DNA of 55,778 bases, filler included, from Sphacelaria rigidula (lineage: Eukaryota): the NCBI GenBank assembly GCA_964200075.2. It is 6 parts of 6 records of this genome, joined end to end, with 100 filler letters (N's around TTAATTAATTAA, not from the genome) between each part and the next. Parts side by side here need not be neighbours in the genome. Positions count along the whole stretch, not along the records: positions 9,315 to 18,528 come from CAXNAA020009030.1; positions 18,629 to 27,841 come from CAXNAA020009031.1; 4 more parts are not named here. One strand, 5' to 3'. This document shows positions 11,130 to 24,231 of this stretch, piece by piece. How positions within the stretch are numbered: position 1 is the stretch's first letter; the number at the start of each line of letters is the position of its first letter. The notes under the pieces are model-generated. The model was given only the letters and a program-made list of their open reading frames with translations. It searched no databases and was not told the origin of the DNA. The position numbers were made by a program, and so were the translations under genes.

Positions 11130-13013
11130 CTCTGATTTACTTGCTAGATCTGGCGACAAGGGACCTGAACGGCTGCTGGAAGGGGCCTGAACGGCTTTTA
11201 CACACATATTATGAAATGTCGTTCACACCAATTACGAAATTTCGATATTGTTCTTTGCGAAGTTTAGTTTTCACTGAGAATAATCAAATTTAGGTTGCAG
11301 CGGCCAGTCGACGTAGACAGCGACTAAATAATTGTGCACAGCCGCTACGTGGTTAATTTGAACGGCCAGGTTTTACTCCAGAACGACCAGTGGTCGTTAA
11401 CAACGGCGAGTTGTTATTTATCGTGTCCACGTATGTCTTATCAACGGTCAGTTGTCATCAATGACAGCCAAGTGCATGTTGACAACGGGCACCGGTGACG
11501 GCATGGCGCGGGGGAAGAAATTATAATATTTTGATCGCGGGAAGCAGTGATGTACGTGGGTATAAGTATCAAGTGCGCAAGACACGTTCTTCGCTGCGCA
11601 GCGACACAAACAGTAGTCAGCGTACTACAAAAGCGGGCATAGATACCGAGCGTGGTGCAAACGCCCGGCATAGACACCCACAACATCTGCGAGTAATATA
11701 AGCGCAGCGGGCAGGGGCAAGGTAGAATCGAACTCCAGCCAGCTGCACGTCAAGTACAGTGAAACCGCACGTAATGAGGTCGATTCTCACGACCTCCGGT
11801 GGTATAGTTCTTGGGGATAATACTCCATAAAGGTACCACTTGGTAGGTACGAAGATCTCGGAAAATTTCAGCATGTGGGTAGGTGATGGTGATTCATAGG
11901 TGCTCTTTCGCACAGGAGCCAAAGTATCTGGAACCGCACATACATGTAGCTGCCCGTCACCTCTGCTCCTGATCGACAGTTTCGGGTGAACTGTGTGTGT
12001 GCTCGAGCTCGTACGGACTTCATACACGGGACAGTCCCGGATTAGTCGCACCGCTTCAGCAAGGATCGAGACAGCTCCGCAGCTAGTTCTGTCTTTCGCT
12101 GTCTGTCTGTCTGTCTATTTCTCTTTCTCTCTTCCTCACACACTAAGAGGTCGAAGTCTGCAGCGACAAGCCGTTGATTGAACGTTCGAAAAATATCTGC
12201 TCTCATTATTTGGGTCATCAGATGTTGCCTTTACGTTTGTTTTTTTAATCATCCGCCATAAAGGTGGGATTTTATTTTTTCTCCAGCAAAAATGCTACGT
12301 CATGTTGTTACTGAAAGCAGCATCTTGTTGTATTTGAATGCCCTTATTATGAACCGGTTGACACCGTAGTCACCCGGACAAAGCACGTCGCAAATAATTC
12401 AGGTCCTCTGGCACACCTCCCTGTAAGCCCACGATTTTGGGTAAATCAACTCCCCTCCGACCCCCTCCCCCCTCTCTTCCGCAGATGATTCATTTTTGAA
12501 TCCGCTGCATTTTGCCGGAGAAATATTTTGTTTCATTGGACCTTCTGCTACTTTCGATGCAAACCTTGTGCCGACATTTCAGGTGGTGATCGCAGGTGAT
12601 AGGAGGGAAAATACATTATGACGATCAGCGGGACCCCTCCCTGCATATTCTGGAACGGCCCCCACAGTTAAGAAGGACGATTGGCATTCGTTGAGTGTAA
12701 AGTACAGTGAAAACATCATGATAAAATGAATGTAACATAGAAGTATCCACACTCAAGATAAACACTGTAAAACCAGAGTGAAGCGTGGCACGCACAATGG
12801 ACTAATGGCGGGAGAGACTGTTACGAAAGCGAACGTTTGCTACAACGGTAGTAGAGAAGACGCTAGTTGCAAACAGCGTCTTTGAAAAGCTGACGTGGTT
12901 GCCGAAATTCCAACATATCTGAGCTGCGTAGTAAGTCGCTGTGCTGCGATGCTGAGTAGGGGGCTTGTGCTACCGACATCTTGCTGCTTTGGTATGACAC
13001 ATATATATATATT

Positions 13014-13109
13014 TACATGTATCATTTCACTTTTTTCACCACTTTTGCCGAGTTTCCTCAGGAGGCAAGGCATCTTATCACGCGCTTTTTTTGTAGTGCA
13101 CGAAGAAGG
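13014..13109 (+). repeat. ~96-bp direct repeat, copy 1 (copy 2 at 14685-14780)
   Basis: TACATGTATCATTTCAC...TTCACCACTTTTGCCGAGTTT...GCAAGGCA is shared. Confidence 0.8.
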
Positions 13110-13237
13110 TGCAGCGGTACATCACCTTTGAGGTTTGGGTGTCATCTGATACCTGTGGCGCGTGTTCTGGCCATCGAAAGTCGCCCACACTGGCTTTTTT
13201 TTGCGGGGTATTGATCCCAAACCACAAAAGCCTCATC

Positions 13238-13700
13238 ATGAAAACTTTCAAACAAGAACCCGAACCACAAAAGCCTGTTCATGGCGGAGTATTCCTTCGC
13301 GTTCTCGTTGATTCGGGAGTACAAAGACAGCGGTTGTGTAGCGGATGTCACAAGAACATGAAAGCAAATCAGTTGAAAACAATTGAACATTGCCTTCGCC
13401 TTAGTCAGCAGCAAAACCAAGACCGTGCAATGAGCTGTTGGCGAGTTGAACAAGGCACACACGTGGGCAAACGTCCTCACTATCGGTCAGCTGTGCTGGA
13501 CAAGCGCAGGAGGGTGACCAAATCCCTGTGGTCATGCAACCCGTAACAGAGAGTTCCCTCAAAGGATGCACCTATGTGAAGTACCGGCGCAAGAATGTCC
13601 TTGTGACAAGGATGCATTCCTGCACAAGTACTTCACCGAGGGGGCTTGAAGAAATGTACGTGAACAATGGTTGGTGCTATGGAGATGCCACCAACCCTAA
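13238..13700 (+). pseudogene. Possible decayed hAT transposase 5' fragment (BED-like zinc finger)
   Basis: KPVHGGVF...LCSGCHKNMKANQLKTIEHC resembles a BED finger. After a frameshift, LEEMYVNNGWCYGDATNP resembles the hAT FFYxNGIPFxxAxNP segment. Recognition by eye only. Confidence 0.4.
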
Positions 13701-14440
13701 CGCTAACCCTAGCACTAACATCGACCAAGGCATACCGAGAACTCTCGGGCAAAGGGGGTGCAGTTTCGTAGCTAAAGCGTGCGTTACGAGAACTCGAATC
13801 GACGCCTTTCGAGAGCTCAAATCGACGCCTTTGAGCCGATTTTGGACCAAAACACGACCTGGACGACCTGGTTCTACTGCTCACCACTGCTCACCTGCCT
13901 CAAGTCATTATTTTTCTCAGAACTTTCTTTATTCTGAAACCAAGTCAAATCGAGTACCAATCGTTGTCCATGTACATTTCTTTAGGTCTACCAGTGTCGC
14001 ACTACAGGCGAATGCATACATACACGCGCAGATGCATAAACTCAGACATGTTGGGCGACTGGACGGCCAACGCGGTAGCAAACTGGTACCGGTCTGTACT
14101 GCGGTTCTTTCTGGATCATGACCATCTGTAGTGCACCGATCGGCACACAGTCTGTTGAGCTGCGCGCTTCATGGCGCACGGCCCTAAGCGCGCTGCAGCC
14201 GCTGCGAGGCGCTGAAACATCGCTCATAGGCTGTGCAAACCACAGTCAACACTTCCAAGTCGCTATATCTAGTGCTGTGCGCTGCAGCACTGCGCACTGG
14301 AGGGCAAAACGGTGAGATTTTGTTCCGAAAAATATTTTTTGCTTTTGGCGCAACACTGACTTCACAGGATCATCTCTGTGCCGGTGCTTCGCAGGTTAAT
14401 AACTGTGAGTTAGCCCGCTGCTTCGGTAAGGGCCTCGCGC

Positions 14441-14530
14441 AGGGATATTTCGGAACTGAAACGATTAAATCACTAATTGACTGCTCTTCCTTCTCAACCG
14501 TATCCTCTACTCTCAATATCACGAAAACAT
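14441..14530 (+). repeat. Copy of the right arm of the 6043-6337 element
   Basis: ATTTCGGAACTGAAACGATT...CGTATCCTCTACTCTCAATATCACGAAAAC. Confidence 0.8.
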
Positions 14531-14684
14531 CGTTCTATGTAATTGGAGGCTCTCTCATCAGTTGTGTTTGCTTGTCCACGTCCGTTTATTTTTCGCGGAG
14601 GGCAATATATACTTGCTCGATCGAAGCGAACAAAGCGATAACTCGCGCGCTTTTTCTCCCTTCATTCAACCCACGTGTATTATG

Positions 14685-14780
14685 TACATGTATCATTTCA
14701 CATGTTCACCACTTTTGCCGAGTTTTCTCTGCCAGCAAGGCACTTTTCCCCACGCTTTCTTTTGCAGCGCACTGAAAAGG
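14685..14780 (+). repeat. ~96-bp direct repeat, copy 2
   Basis: Matches 13014-13109. Confidence 0.8.
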
Positions 14781-16766
14781 CATACTCGTACGAAGTATAT
14801 TTTATACTTTCGACTTGCGTCACCTCCGGGAGGTCCGTACCAACCTCCCGAAGGGGAACTTTGTATTTATATATATATATATATATCTTTTTTCTACTGC
14901 CATAAGAGGGTGTGTGTGTACAGGAACGATGTAATAATCGTGTCAAGTATCAGTTTCGTCGATGAAAGACCTCGTCACTGAAGCGGAGTATCAATCGCAG
15001 AAGCAGTTGTTCCTCGTACCGAGAGGTAAAGGCTACGGGTAGGTAGACACGGTTCCCCACAGAGTGGGGTTGTGCACATATCAGCGGCATACCTGCCTGC
15101 AACATATACGCCCGGCCCGCGAAAGTACTCTACAACGTAACATATCTTCGGTAACAAAGCAGCAGTATGGTACGCCACGGCAAGTACGTACGATAAGAGT
15201 GTGAATGTAAATACCTTACTGGGGTATATTAAATACATACGATCAATCATCATAGCCCTGGTCAAAGTGAGATAAGATGCGCGATATTTAGTCACACCTA
15301 AGAGTTAGTCCTGCTATGTAAGCAAAAGACGTACAGGAATTACCCAACCGAGAAAACCACTAAATGGTGTTCAACGCGGACACATACCGTCCTCGATGTA
15401 CCGTGCTTCCGCGTCCCGGCCTGGTGGAGGATGAACGGTCGTCATCGCATTTAGCGCCGTTTCTCTCGTGATGACACATATACCCAGGACAAGGGTGTGG
15501 TGTGAAGGTATTAAGGTGTAAGGTTAGCACAAGTTGGGAGCACGGAGTACATGGAAATAAGAGCATGCCCTGGTTTTGTCACTCCTGTCGCGTATCGACT
15601 CCTTCCGTGTCGAGCCCTGAATTCGATGATTCAACTTGCCACATAAGTAGGGGTACTAGAAGGATTCCATCATCCAATGCAACAAGTACAGACAATTAAT
15701 TTAGTAAGCGAGGCAATGTTTGTACGTGGAATATGCACTCGAAGCCAACGAAACAGCACAACGGTTGGGTCTTGGGTAGAACTATACTTTCCACAAAGGT
15801 ACCAAAGTGGACGGTCAGGTTCGGCCGGCTCAATGTGGAAGATGTGCCGACATCATGTAAAATCAGCGCTACTATGTGTACAATAAAATTCGGGACGCGT
15901 ACTGCAATCGTGTAGTGTCAAAAGAGTACGGCACTGGCGGCACATGCGAAAGAAATCCCAGAATACAAAATATGAGAAACTCAAGTAAGATTGTGTATTT
16001 TCAAGGACAAAAACGGTCGCCGCAAAAATGAAAAATGCCCCACACCCATGTAACTTTTTATCTTTTTGGACCCTCCAGGGCACACGAGGCCATTTATCTA
16101 CACCCCAAAATGCCTCCGGAGAGATGCGCGGCCCTTGAGAGGCAAAAACAAGCCCCCGGGGGCATTTAATCCCTCTGGAGGAAAAGATCGTTGAGTGGTC
16201 GCTGCGATACCACCCGCCCCCCAAGAAAAACCCCCGAACCGTGTTCAGAAATCCCCTCTTCAGAGAATACTGCAGGGCGTGCAGAAAAAGCACTTCCTGA
16301 AATCCTCTTTCGAAAAGGGATTTCCGGACACCTTCAACGGGAACATACATGTCTGGTTGACAGGGACGCACGTGCAAAGGGTTACTAAACAACCGAACGC
16401 AATCGGAGCTATTCCGCGGAATAACACGATTTAGTTTGTTTTACATGGGAAAAAAAAAATAAAAAAACTCCTGTGTTGATCTTCCTCCTCTGTGCCCCCG
16501 GCTGATGCGCCCACACATACCGGAAGGTGTAGATCGGCGTCCAGAATAGATGGGACGACAACACACGAACACACACCATATGTGCAGACGGTAGAGTTTA
16601 TCCGTTCAAGGCTTCGAAAACCACAACGCTGCAGTCACCACATTTCTTGTTGTCTTGAAGATCGCATTCCGTTGGAAGCGATGATGAAATCAACACCACT
16701 GGTCTCAAAACAGGAAGCGATGATGAAACATGATGGAACATACATATGGATCATACCCTATACATG

Positions 16767-16768
<2 letters not shown>

Positions 16769-16822
<54 letters not shown>
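16769..16822. repeat. (AC)n microsatellite
   Basis: Read directly. Confidence 0.97.
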
Positions 16823-16825
<3 letters not shown>

Positions 16826-17292
16826 GACAGCCACACCACGCCATAAGCCAAGTGCGTAGTGTCGTCAAGTAGTGACACATGAAGTGGGGAGAATGAGCGA
16901 TGACGCGGGCGCAGGAAGAGTGGGCGCCGGTCAGGGCTGTAATGAGAGGACCCACCTCCACGCGCGAGGCGCCAAGAGCGGCGCGGGGGGCGACGTATCC
17001 GTAATAATAATCATGTGTTTGGCAAATACCACCGTTGACAGTAAAGAAAATCGCGCTCATCTTGGAACAGCGCGACGCGAGCTACAGTCTGTGGGCAATG
17101 TGTGCAGTGCGAACAACCGGTGAGGAGTTTTGTATTGGATTTACTGTCCGTCTTGGCAGCGTGTAGCGAAGGTGGACTCATATTATCGCTCGTGTGCGTG
17201 AAGTGTTGTCGGTGTACGATACAGTTGACGGTCACAGCGAACAATATTGACGGTCACAGCGAACAATATACGTCACATTCTCCACAACATGA

Positions 17293-17775
17293 CAGCCAGT
17301 ACAGCATAGTACCGACACAAAAGTGACTTTTGAACTCCCGCAGTTGATTACTCCGCAGTCGGAGAGGGGTGTGTGAAGATAGCAACGTAATAAATGGAGG
17401 GCGCTATTCCGTCAAGAGCCCACCCGAGCAAACAGGCATACACCCACATAACAATTGCAACAAATAGAAGCGCAAGTTACAGTCGCCATAATGATGTCTG
17501 TTGTGGGATACGCCATGCGCTCTGGCTTCTGTGCAGCCAGTACAGCATAGTGCCGACGCAAAAGTGGCTTTTGAACTTCTCCCACAGTTGATTACTCCGC
17601 AGTCGGAGAGGAGTGTGAAGATAGCAACGTAATAAATGAAGGACACTATTCCGTCAAGAGCTCACCCGAGCAAACAGACAGACAACCACATAATAATTGC
17701 AACAAATAGAAGCGCAAGTTACAGTCACCATAATGATGTCTGTTGCGGGACATGTGATGCGCTCTGGCTTCTGTG
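17293..17775 (+). repeat. Tandem duplication, two diverged ~241-bp units
   Basis: Units start CAGCCAGTACAGCATAGT at 17293 and 17534, and both end GCTCTGGCTTCTGTG. Confidence 0.93.
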
Positions 17776-18420
17776 TGCCTGGGTACTCAAGCGCCAACCT
17801 TGTCCCTAGATAATTTTGTCACGAAGCTAGCTAGCTATTTTGAGGATACAACATGACGAATTGATACAGACATGAACAAGGGGGAATCCGATTCAGACCT
17901 CCTGACACAACAAGGGCTCTCGGAACCTCGCAGCGAACAAGAGAAGCAAGAAACAGGAACACATAATACAGTTTTCACTACATGTTGTCTGTTCCAGCAA
18001 ACACCACGCGCTTGATGATTTATGGGTTCGGCGTGGCTGGTGCTCCTTCATAATCTGTGTCGTGGTGAGCACTCTATCGCAGGTGCTCTTTTACACTCCA
18101 CGCCATGCACTATTTCTTTGAGAGAGAAAAGCAGGATAGGGATTTGCGAGAGGCGATGCTGCCGCAGGCCACAACGGTATGTTGGAATATTTGATTTCCA
18201 ACAACCTGTAATACCGTTCGATGTTCATTTCTTCCCACGGTATGCTGCCGCAAGCGACGAAAATGACCCCGTGCTCGATGGTCGAGGCGGAGTCCAATTC
18301 GATAATGAAAGCGTGTATGAAATCGTGTTCCGATAAGGATCATTTTTGACTTGGCTAGAGTATGGGAAATCCGGACACCGGCCGACTTGATTGCAGTGTA
18401 TAAGCGGGGTGACATTACGC

Positions 18421-18475
18421 CAATAATGAATAGGATAATGATAATAACAATAATAATATTGTTAATAATAATATT

Positions 18476-18528
<53 letters not shown>
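18421..18528. repeat. (AAT)n microsatellite at contig end
   Basis: Read directly. Confidence 0.97.
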
Positions 18529-18628
18529 NNNNNNNNNNNNNNNNNNNNNNNNNNNNNNNNNNNNNNNNNNNNTTAATTAATTAANNNNNNNNNNNNNNNN
18601 NNNNNNNNNNNNNNNNNNNNNNNNNNNN
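18529..18628. other. Artificial contig spacer
   Basis: 44N-TTAATTAATTAA-44N. Confidence 0.98.
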
Positions 18629-19150
18629 TGCCTGCACTCCGGTACTACGCGTGAAGGCTTCACCTTGTTTGAAAACATCCGTGACGGGCAGCTGATTAAA
18701 AAAATGTGGGTCCCCGTAGGTGGATATACTTTTTGCGCATTTATTCAAGTCTGGGGGTGGTCGGTGTTGAGGTGATTTTGTTCCTCCGGAAAGCTCGCTC
18801 CACATCAGTAGATGGACAATCTTGTTGCACTAGCGAGTGTCCTCCCTTTGTCTGTACCAGTCGGGAAGCACACGCCCCCGGGCTGCCACCCCACATTTAC
18901 CGTCATTGCGAAGATGATAAGACAAGAGCACGAACAGTAGCTGTTGTGGCCGCTACACACCAACGTAACTACAGTGGATGCGCATGGCTAGTATCCTTTG
19001 AAGTGTCGAACTACAGAGGGAGAGTTGAAAGAGGAACAAAGCTGGCGGCTACTTCATGTCAGGGCTCCAGTGCAGAAAGGTCCTCTAGATCTTGTTCGTA
19101 TGCGGGGGGCTGTCAAGTGCCGTGGACCGTCCGCACGAGAAGCAGCAAGT

Positions 19151-19165
<15 letters not shown>

Positions 19166-19182
<17 letters not shown>

Positions 19183-19452
19183 TCAGCAGCATATTTGTTG
19201 CCAGTAAATGTACGCGGCTGGGGGTGGGTCTGAATCAACCGGCGCCGATGCTGCTGCCGCTACTGCCGCTGCTCTTGGTCGTAGAAGGTCCGCGTTTCGA
19301 CCGTGCGACAACACCCGCGCACCTTACGAGTGATAGCCACCGTGCTGGACAGTGCTGACACACACACGAATCGGCACCGGCTGATTTAGAACCACTCCCA
19401 GCCGCGTACATCTACTGGCAGTAAAGATGCTGCTGATACTACTGCTGTTGCT
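19166..19452. repeat. Inverted repeat with ~80-bp arms and ~120-bp loop, CAG/CTG outer ends
   Basis: 19166-19249 (...TATCAGCAGCATATTTGTTGCCAGTAAATGTACGCGGCTGGG...GGCGCCGAT) is the imperfect reverse complement of 19370-19452. Confidence 0.88.
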
Positions 19453-19530
19453 TCTTCTCCTTCTCGTGCGGAACGCGATTAGAACGGCGCGTGATTTCTC
19501 GTGATGCTGCAGAACATCTGTGATGTTTTC

Positions 19531-19711
19531 TGTTGAGAGTAGTACTCTGCAGTTCATACACCACTGCAGAGTTGTCTGGCTCTGAGTGTACCACCCTGTA
19601 GTCAAGATAACGGCATAACTGTCTTGTCTGGTGTTGAAAGTAGCACTCTGCAGTTCATACACCACTGCAGAGGTGTCTGGTTCTGAGTGTACCACCCTGT
19701 AGTCCAGATAA
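19531..19711 (+). repeat. Direct repeat, 101-bp period, two ~80-bp copies
   Basis: Both copies contain CTCTGCAGTTCATACACCACTGCAGAG (an 8-bp stem) and CTGAGTGTACCACCCTGTAGTC. Confidence 0.88.
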
Positions 19712-19879
19712 TGGGGTCATCTTTTGAGCAGTTTTCCGAAAGGTTCTGCTGGGTGTTTTAGAGGTTCTGCTGGGTTTTTTTCAAGTATTCCGAAAAACAC
19801 GAGAGTGTTTTCTGTCACAGTAATCTATAGCCGACTCTGGAATAGCCTGAGACAACAACCAATTTGAAAATTGGAATAT

Positions 19880-22800
19880 TGTGACGCCAGCCAGAAGAAC
19901 TGGCGGATCACTGCTATTGAGGGACTCCTCAGTCTTACTGGCTTCAGTTTCAGTTGTCAGCCTTTACAACATTCTCATTATTCAGGAGTGCCCTCGTAGG
20001 CACAGCCTCCTAGACACGCAGGGAATCAACCTAGTGTTCCCCGTCATAATCCAGATCATCACCACCAACTCAACGTAACGGCGTAATTTCGTCACAGCTG
20101 TCAGCGACAAGGCCATGCAAGCTCTCGCTCGAGATGTGCTCCTGAGACTCAAAGGAGCGATTGAAAATGTGTGCAAGAGATGCGTTCCAGCGACTAGGAC
20201 AAACTCTTGTATGGCCGTTGTTGTAATGTGTTATTTTGGCCACGGCACACAAGGCCGCCGTCGGAATGACGGATTTTGTCGTTTGTTTTCCCTGCTGGCA
20301 CCGGCGCGTAACGCTGGGTTGAAATTTCAACGAAAAAAAAACACACGTTTTCAAGTTATTCGCCTAAAATTGATCGCCGGCCGTATGCCCCCAAGTCGAT
20401 TTCGGATCCCATCCTAAAACGCCAAGTCGTTCCTGATCTCGAGAACATGATGTCAGCCGCCGTCCAATATATATGCTTGAGTACATGAAGCAACAAGGAT
20501 GAGAACGAGCTTCTCTCACAGTGTTCCGTTGTATGATTGAGCGCACGCGGTATACAAAATATTTAGGGCGGAGTTATACATCACTACTCAAGAACTGTGG
20601 CTGACATGCTCAATGCCATCCCCATGCATAACAAGTTGCTGCAGTCGTTCAAAGAAAATCTGGAGATGTCGGAACGGGAGGATTGCACTCACCGCACGTA
20701 ACGTGGCAGATGTGCAGCACTTCGCAATCTGTAGCTGGTTCTTCAATATATATGTGGTGTGTGGATGCTGCTCCTCTATGCATTGTCGTGATGAGATATC
20801 CCGTGTACGTATCGCGCAGACCGCAGCGAAGCATCGGCTTTACCGGTTCGCCCGATTGCACACACTTCAGATTGTCGTCCGAGCCCGGTTGCACGCATTT
20901 CAGATGTATAGAAAAACAAGAAGCAACAAGAAGTGAATTAATATGCATGACTACTTAGAGCCCTTCTTGACGTTTTTTTTATCCGTTCCATTCATTTCCA
21001 TTCATTCATGGATGCAAAGTGTGAAAAATACAACCCCGTTAATATGGGCCCTGACAAACCAACTATGCAATAGCCGTTGTTCTACACCAGCGCGCAGAAC
21101 AATACAAGATCCGTCTACTTAAGGACCAAACACAACGGCGACTACTGCTCCTAGCGATTGAATTCATGTATCGAGTCGTTGATATCCTCTCCCCTGCAAT
21201 CAATTCCCGAAAGTACGCAGTGACGACCAACAAGAATGCAATTGGGACACGTGACCACCGATTTCATCGCCGCCAATTTTCCCATGTCCAATGGTGACGT
21301 CCCATAGCTGCCTTTTGTTCCCCGCAGTTTTCAATCATAAACAAAAGAAACAGCTCTGCACACATGGTCCGCGAAAACGCCACTTGCACCTATACTGCGT
21401 GGCACACAAGAGGACGACATGAACGTGTAACTTCCGACGCCTACCCTCATCTGACATGATGAAATTCAACAGATTTCGATCAACTAAGAGAGTTATCTCC
21501 GTGATCTTGCATCTGACATACACGATAACGCGAAAACTCCTTGCTTGCAGGTTTCAATAGCTTTTCAACCGGTGTGCGAAACCCCACACTCGCTGCAGCC
21601 GCCGACTTCCCGCGTTTGACTGCTCCCTCCCTGCTCGAAGTTTCTGACTCAAGTCTCAGTGATACACTGCTGATCTGGTTGAACCAGCATTGCAGCTGTT
21701 TCCCCCAGCTCCGACGTTTGCATTAAGCTCCTCAACAATGATCGTGTTTTGACTACTCGAACAAAATTACAACAAACGACGGTACGCCTGCTCGTTTCCC
21801 CCGGAAGAAATATATATAAAGATCCAAATATCTCAACACAGATTTAATCCCTCCTATATATTCCCATTCCAAGGAGGCAAATGAAAACATGTGGTATCAA
21901 CAAAGCTGCTTTCCCAGTGAACTGTACCGCACAGACAAGTGCCGTCATCGCATACACGCAATGCTCATCCTGTCCCGACACAATCTTTCGCCCATGTATA
22001 ACTCGTTAACAAAATACGCATGTATGACTCGTTTGACAACGATTTCTTCGAAACGCATCCGCTTTCCCAAATTCAGTCAACCAAAAGTATAAATATTTTT
22101 CTTTTCGTGATTATTTCCGATACACCCACTACCAGTGTAAGTCATAATCTAGTATCAACAGTACATCAGATCACCGAACACGCAATTTGACCATCATGTT
22201 TTATGTTTTACGTCAAAATTTATTTGTTGGACAAACCGGCAAAAAGTGGCGGGGCAGGATCACGCTCCTCTATGTCCTAGCTCGAACGTGGGCCTCGTTT
22301 CACCGAGCCTTTCACAGTTTCCCAACTTACTCACTGCGCAGTCTACAAACTCTCTGGAGCGGTACTCTCGAATCTAGTCAATCCGGAAATGCAGTATCGT
22401 GCTCAATGACACTTTAAACACCAGTGTATATCGCATTCAATGTTTCCCGTTCATTTCACAAACGTTACACAAAAATGACGTACGCGTGTCAACGATCGCT
22501 TCCCGCACACAACGCACAAATGAAACGTATATGTCAAGTAGCAAAATCATCGGAATGATAGCAGCAACATTTCTCCTCTACTGCTACCACTCGACGTGAT
22601 ATTGTCCGAGCTTCCGCACGGATGCACATCGAATTGGTCAGGAAGATCGCGCCGAAATATGAGTAATCAAAATGACGTATGACCGCTCGTACATCGCGAA
22701 GAAGGTCAGGTTCATGAAACCCCAGATCAGCGCACCTTTACCCTTTCCAACTCTTCAAACCAACGACCTCACAACAACCACCACTTCGGCATAGTCTCGT

Positions 22801-23150
22801 CTGCCTCCCAAAACTCACACTACAAGAGACGAATATAAGGATCAAGGCGCCTTCATTAAATGATGCTGGTGCCTAGAACTCAAGGCCACTTCCGTGTTTC
22901 TGTCCGTAGACGGTGTACCTGACGTACCACCCGTTTTTCGCGTAGTTTCAACACTAAAGCACCCATAGTTACACCAGACATCGAGACCACACTGCGATTC
23001 TTCTAACTGACGCGACGCATACACTACACTTGCGACCACGATTTGTATCGCATTCGATAGACCTCAAAATTAGCTTGGTGGCAATATTGTAGATGTATAC
23101 TCGAAAAGCACAATTTCCACTACAAATACTCAACGAACGTCTACTCAGTG
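19880..23150 (-). pseudogene. Heavily decayed coding relic, possibly a DNA transposase
   Basis: Protein-like minus-strand segments broken by many stops and frameshifts: CADLGFHEPDLLRDVRAVIRHFDYSYF, ICALCAG, YIGGIKSVLRYLDLYIFLPGETSRR, MIENCGEQKAAMG. Family not established. Confidence 0.3.
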
Positions 23151-24231
23151 TGCTCAATAGCCCTACTTCCACGTTCTCGCGCACGATATGCGAACAGGTA
23201 GGAATGAAAACACTACCCTAACGCGATAGCACTCGTTAAATGTGAAGTCTGCATGGGCACTTTCCCTCTTGGGCTGATACATGGTGGAGGTACACACGGA
23301 GGGGAGCGACAGAAACTAGTAGGAACGTGAATAAAGCACAATGCATGTGCTAACACAGATATTGAAGAAAACATTCAACAGTAGCACCACCGCACGTCAA
23401 CCACCCTAAATACGTCCAGAATCCATACGCACATTCACAGAACACAGGTATGCAGCACCAACAGCACCGAAACTCCACCGTGACGAATATCTTCCGATCA
23501 ATAAAAATGATGATTTAAATCAAACTCAAAACAACGTTGTAATTATTGCATTTTCCAATTTTGTGTCATTTTACGGAAAAGCGGGGCTTGAAACTTCGAC
23601 CATTGGTGTGACAAGCCACAGCTCCACCAACTGGGCTACACGGATTCTCATCAGTTAACGCACTACACGTACTTTCAATACCAACAGCACCGGACCTACC
23701 ACTATCGTGGTCCCAACCGAAGCCATGGAAATCAGAGGCACCGCCGATCTAAGCTTACGATGCTGATGCCGAGGGCCAAAGTACACGCACAGCAAGGCGT
23801 GCGCTCCGGAGCTCGACAAAAAAAAAGCATTTTTCGAATGTCGTTTACGACTGTCCCATGAGATACACATTCAACTATATAAGGGCTTGCCGTATGCACC
23901 CCCAGCCATGCAGCGCTACAGGTTATCCCAATTCTTCTGCTCCGGGATGTCTTCAACATATACCCACAAACTTAACTAGATATCTCCCGCCCCCTCTCTC
24001 AAGTTCCCCCCCCCCGCCCCCTCCCCTCTATTAATGACCTTCTCGCAGACAGCCACCGAAGTGGCGCATGGTTTAATCTTCGTCGTGCTATCGGTGTGCC
24101 TTTCGCGAACACGTTACCATGAAGAGGGCAACCATTTAGTCTCGAAAGCATCATCATCAGTATGCTGCGATCCAGCATTCTTGGTTACACACGCACGGCG
24201 GACACACACAGGCAAACTGTCGTTTTCTCAG

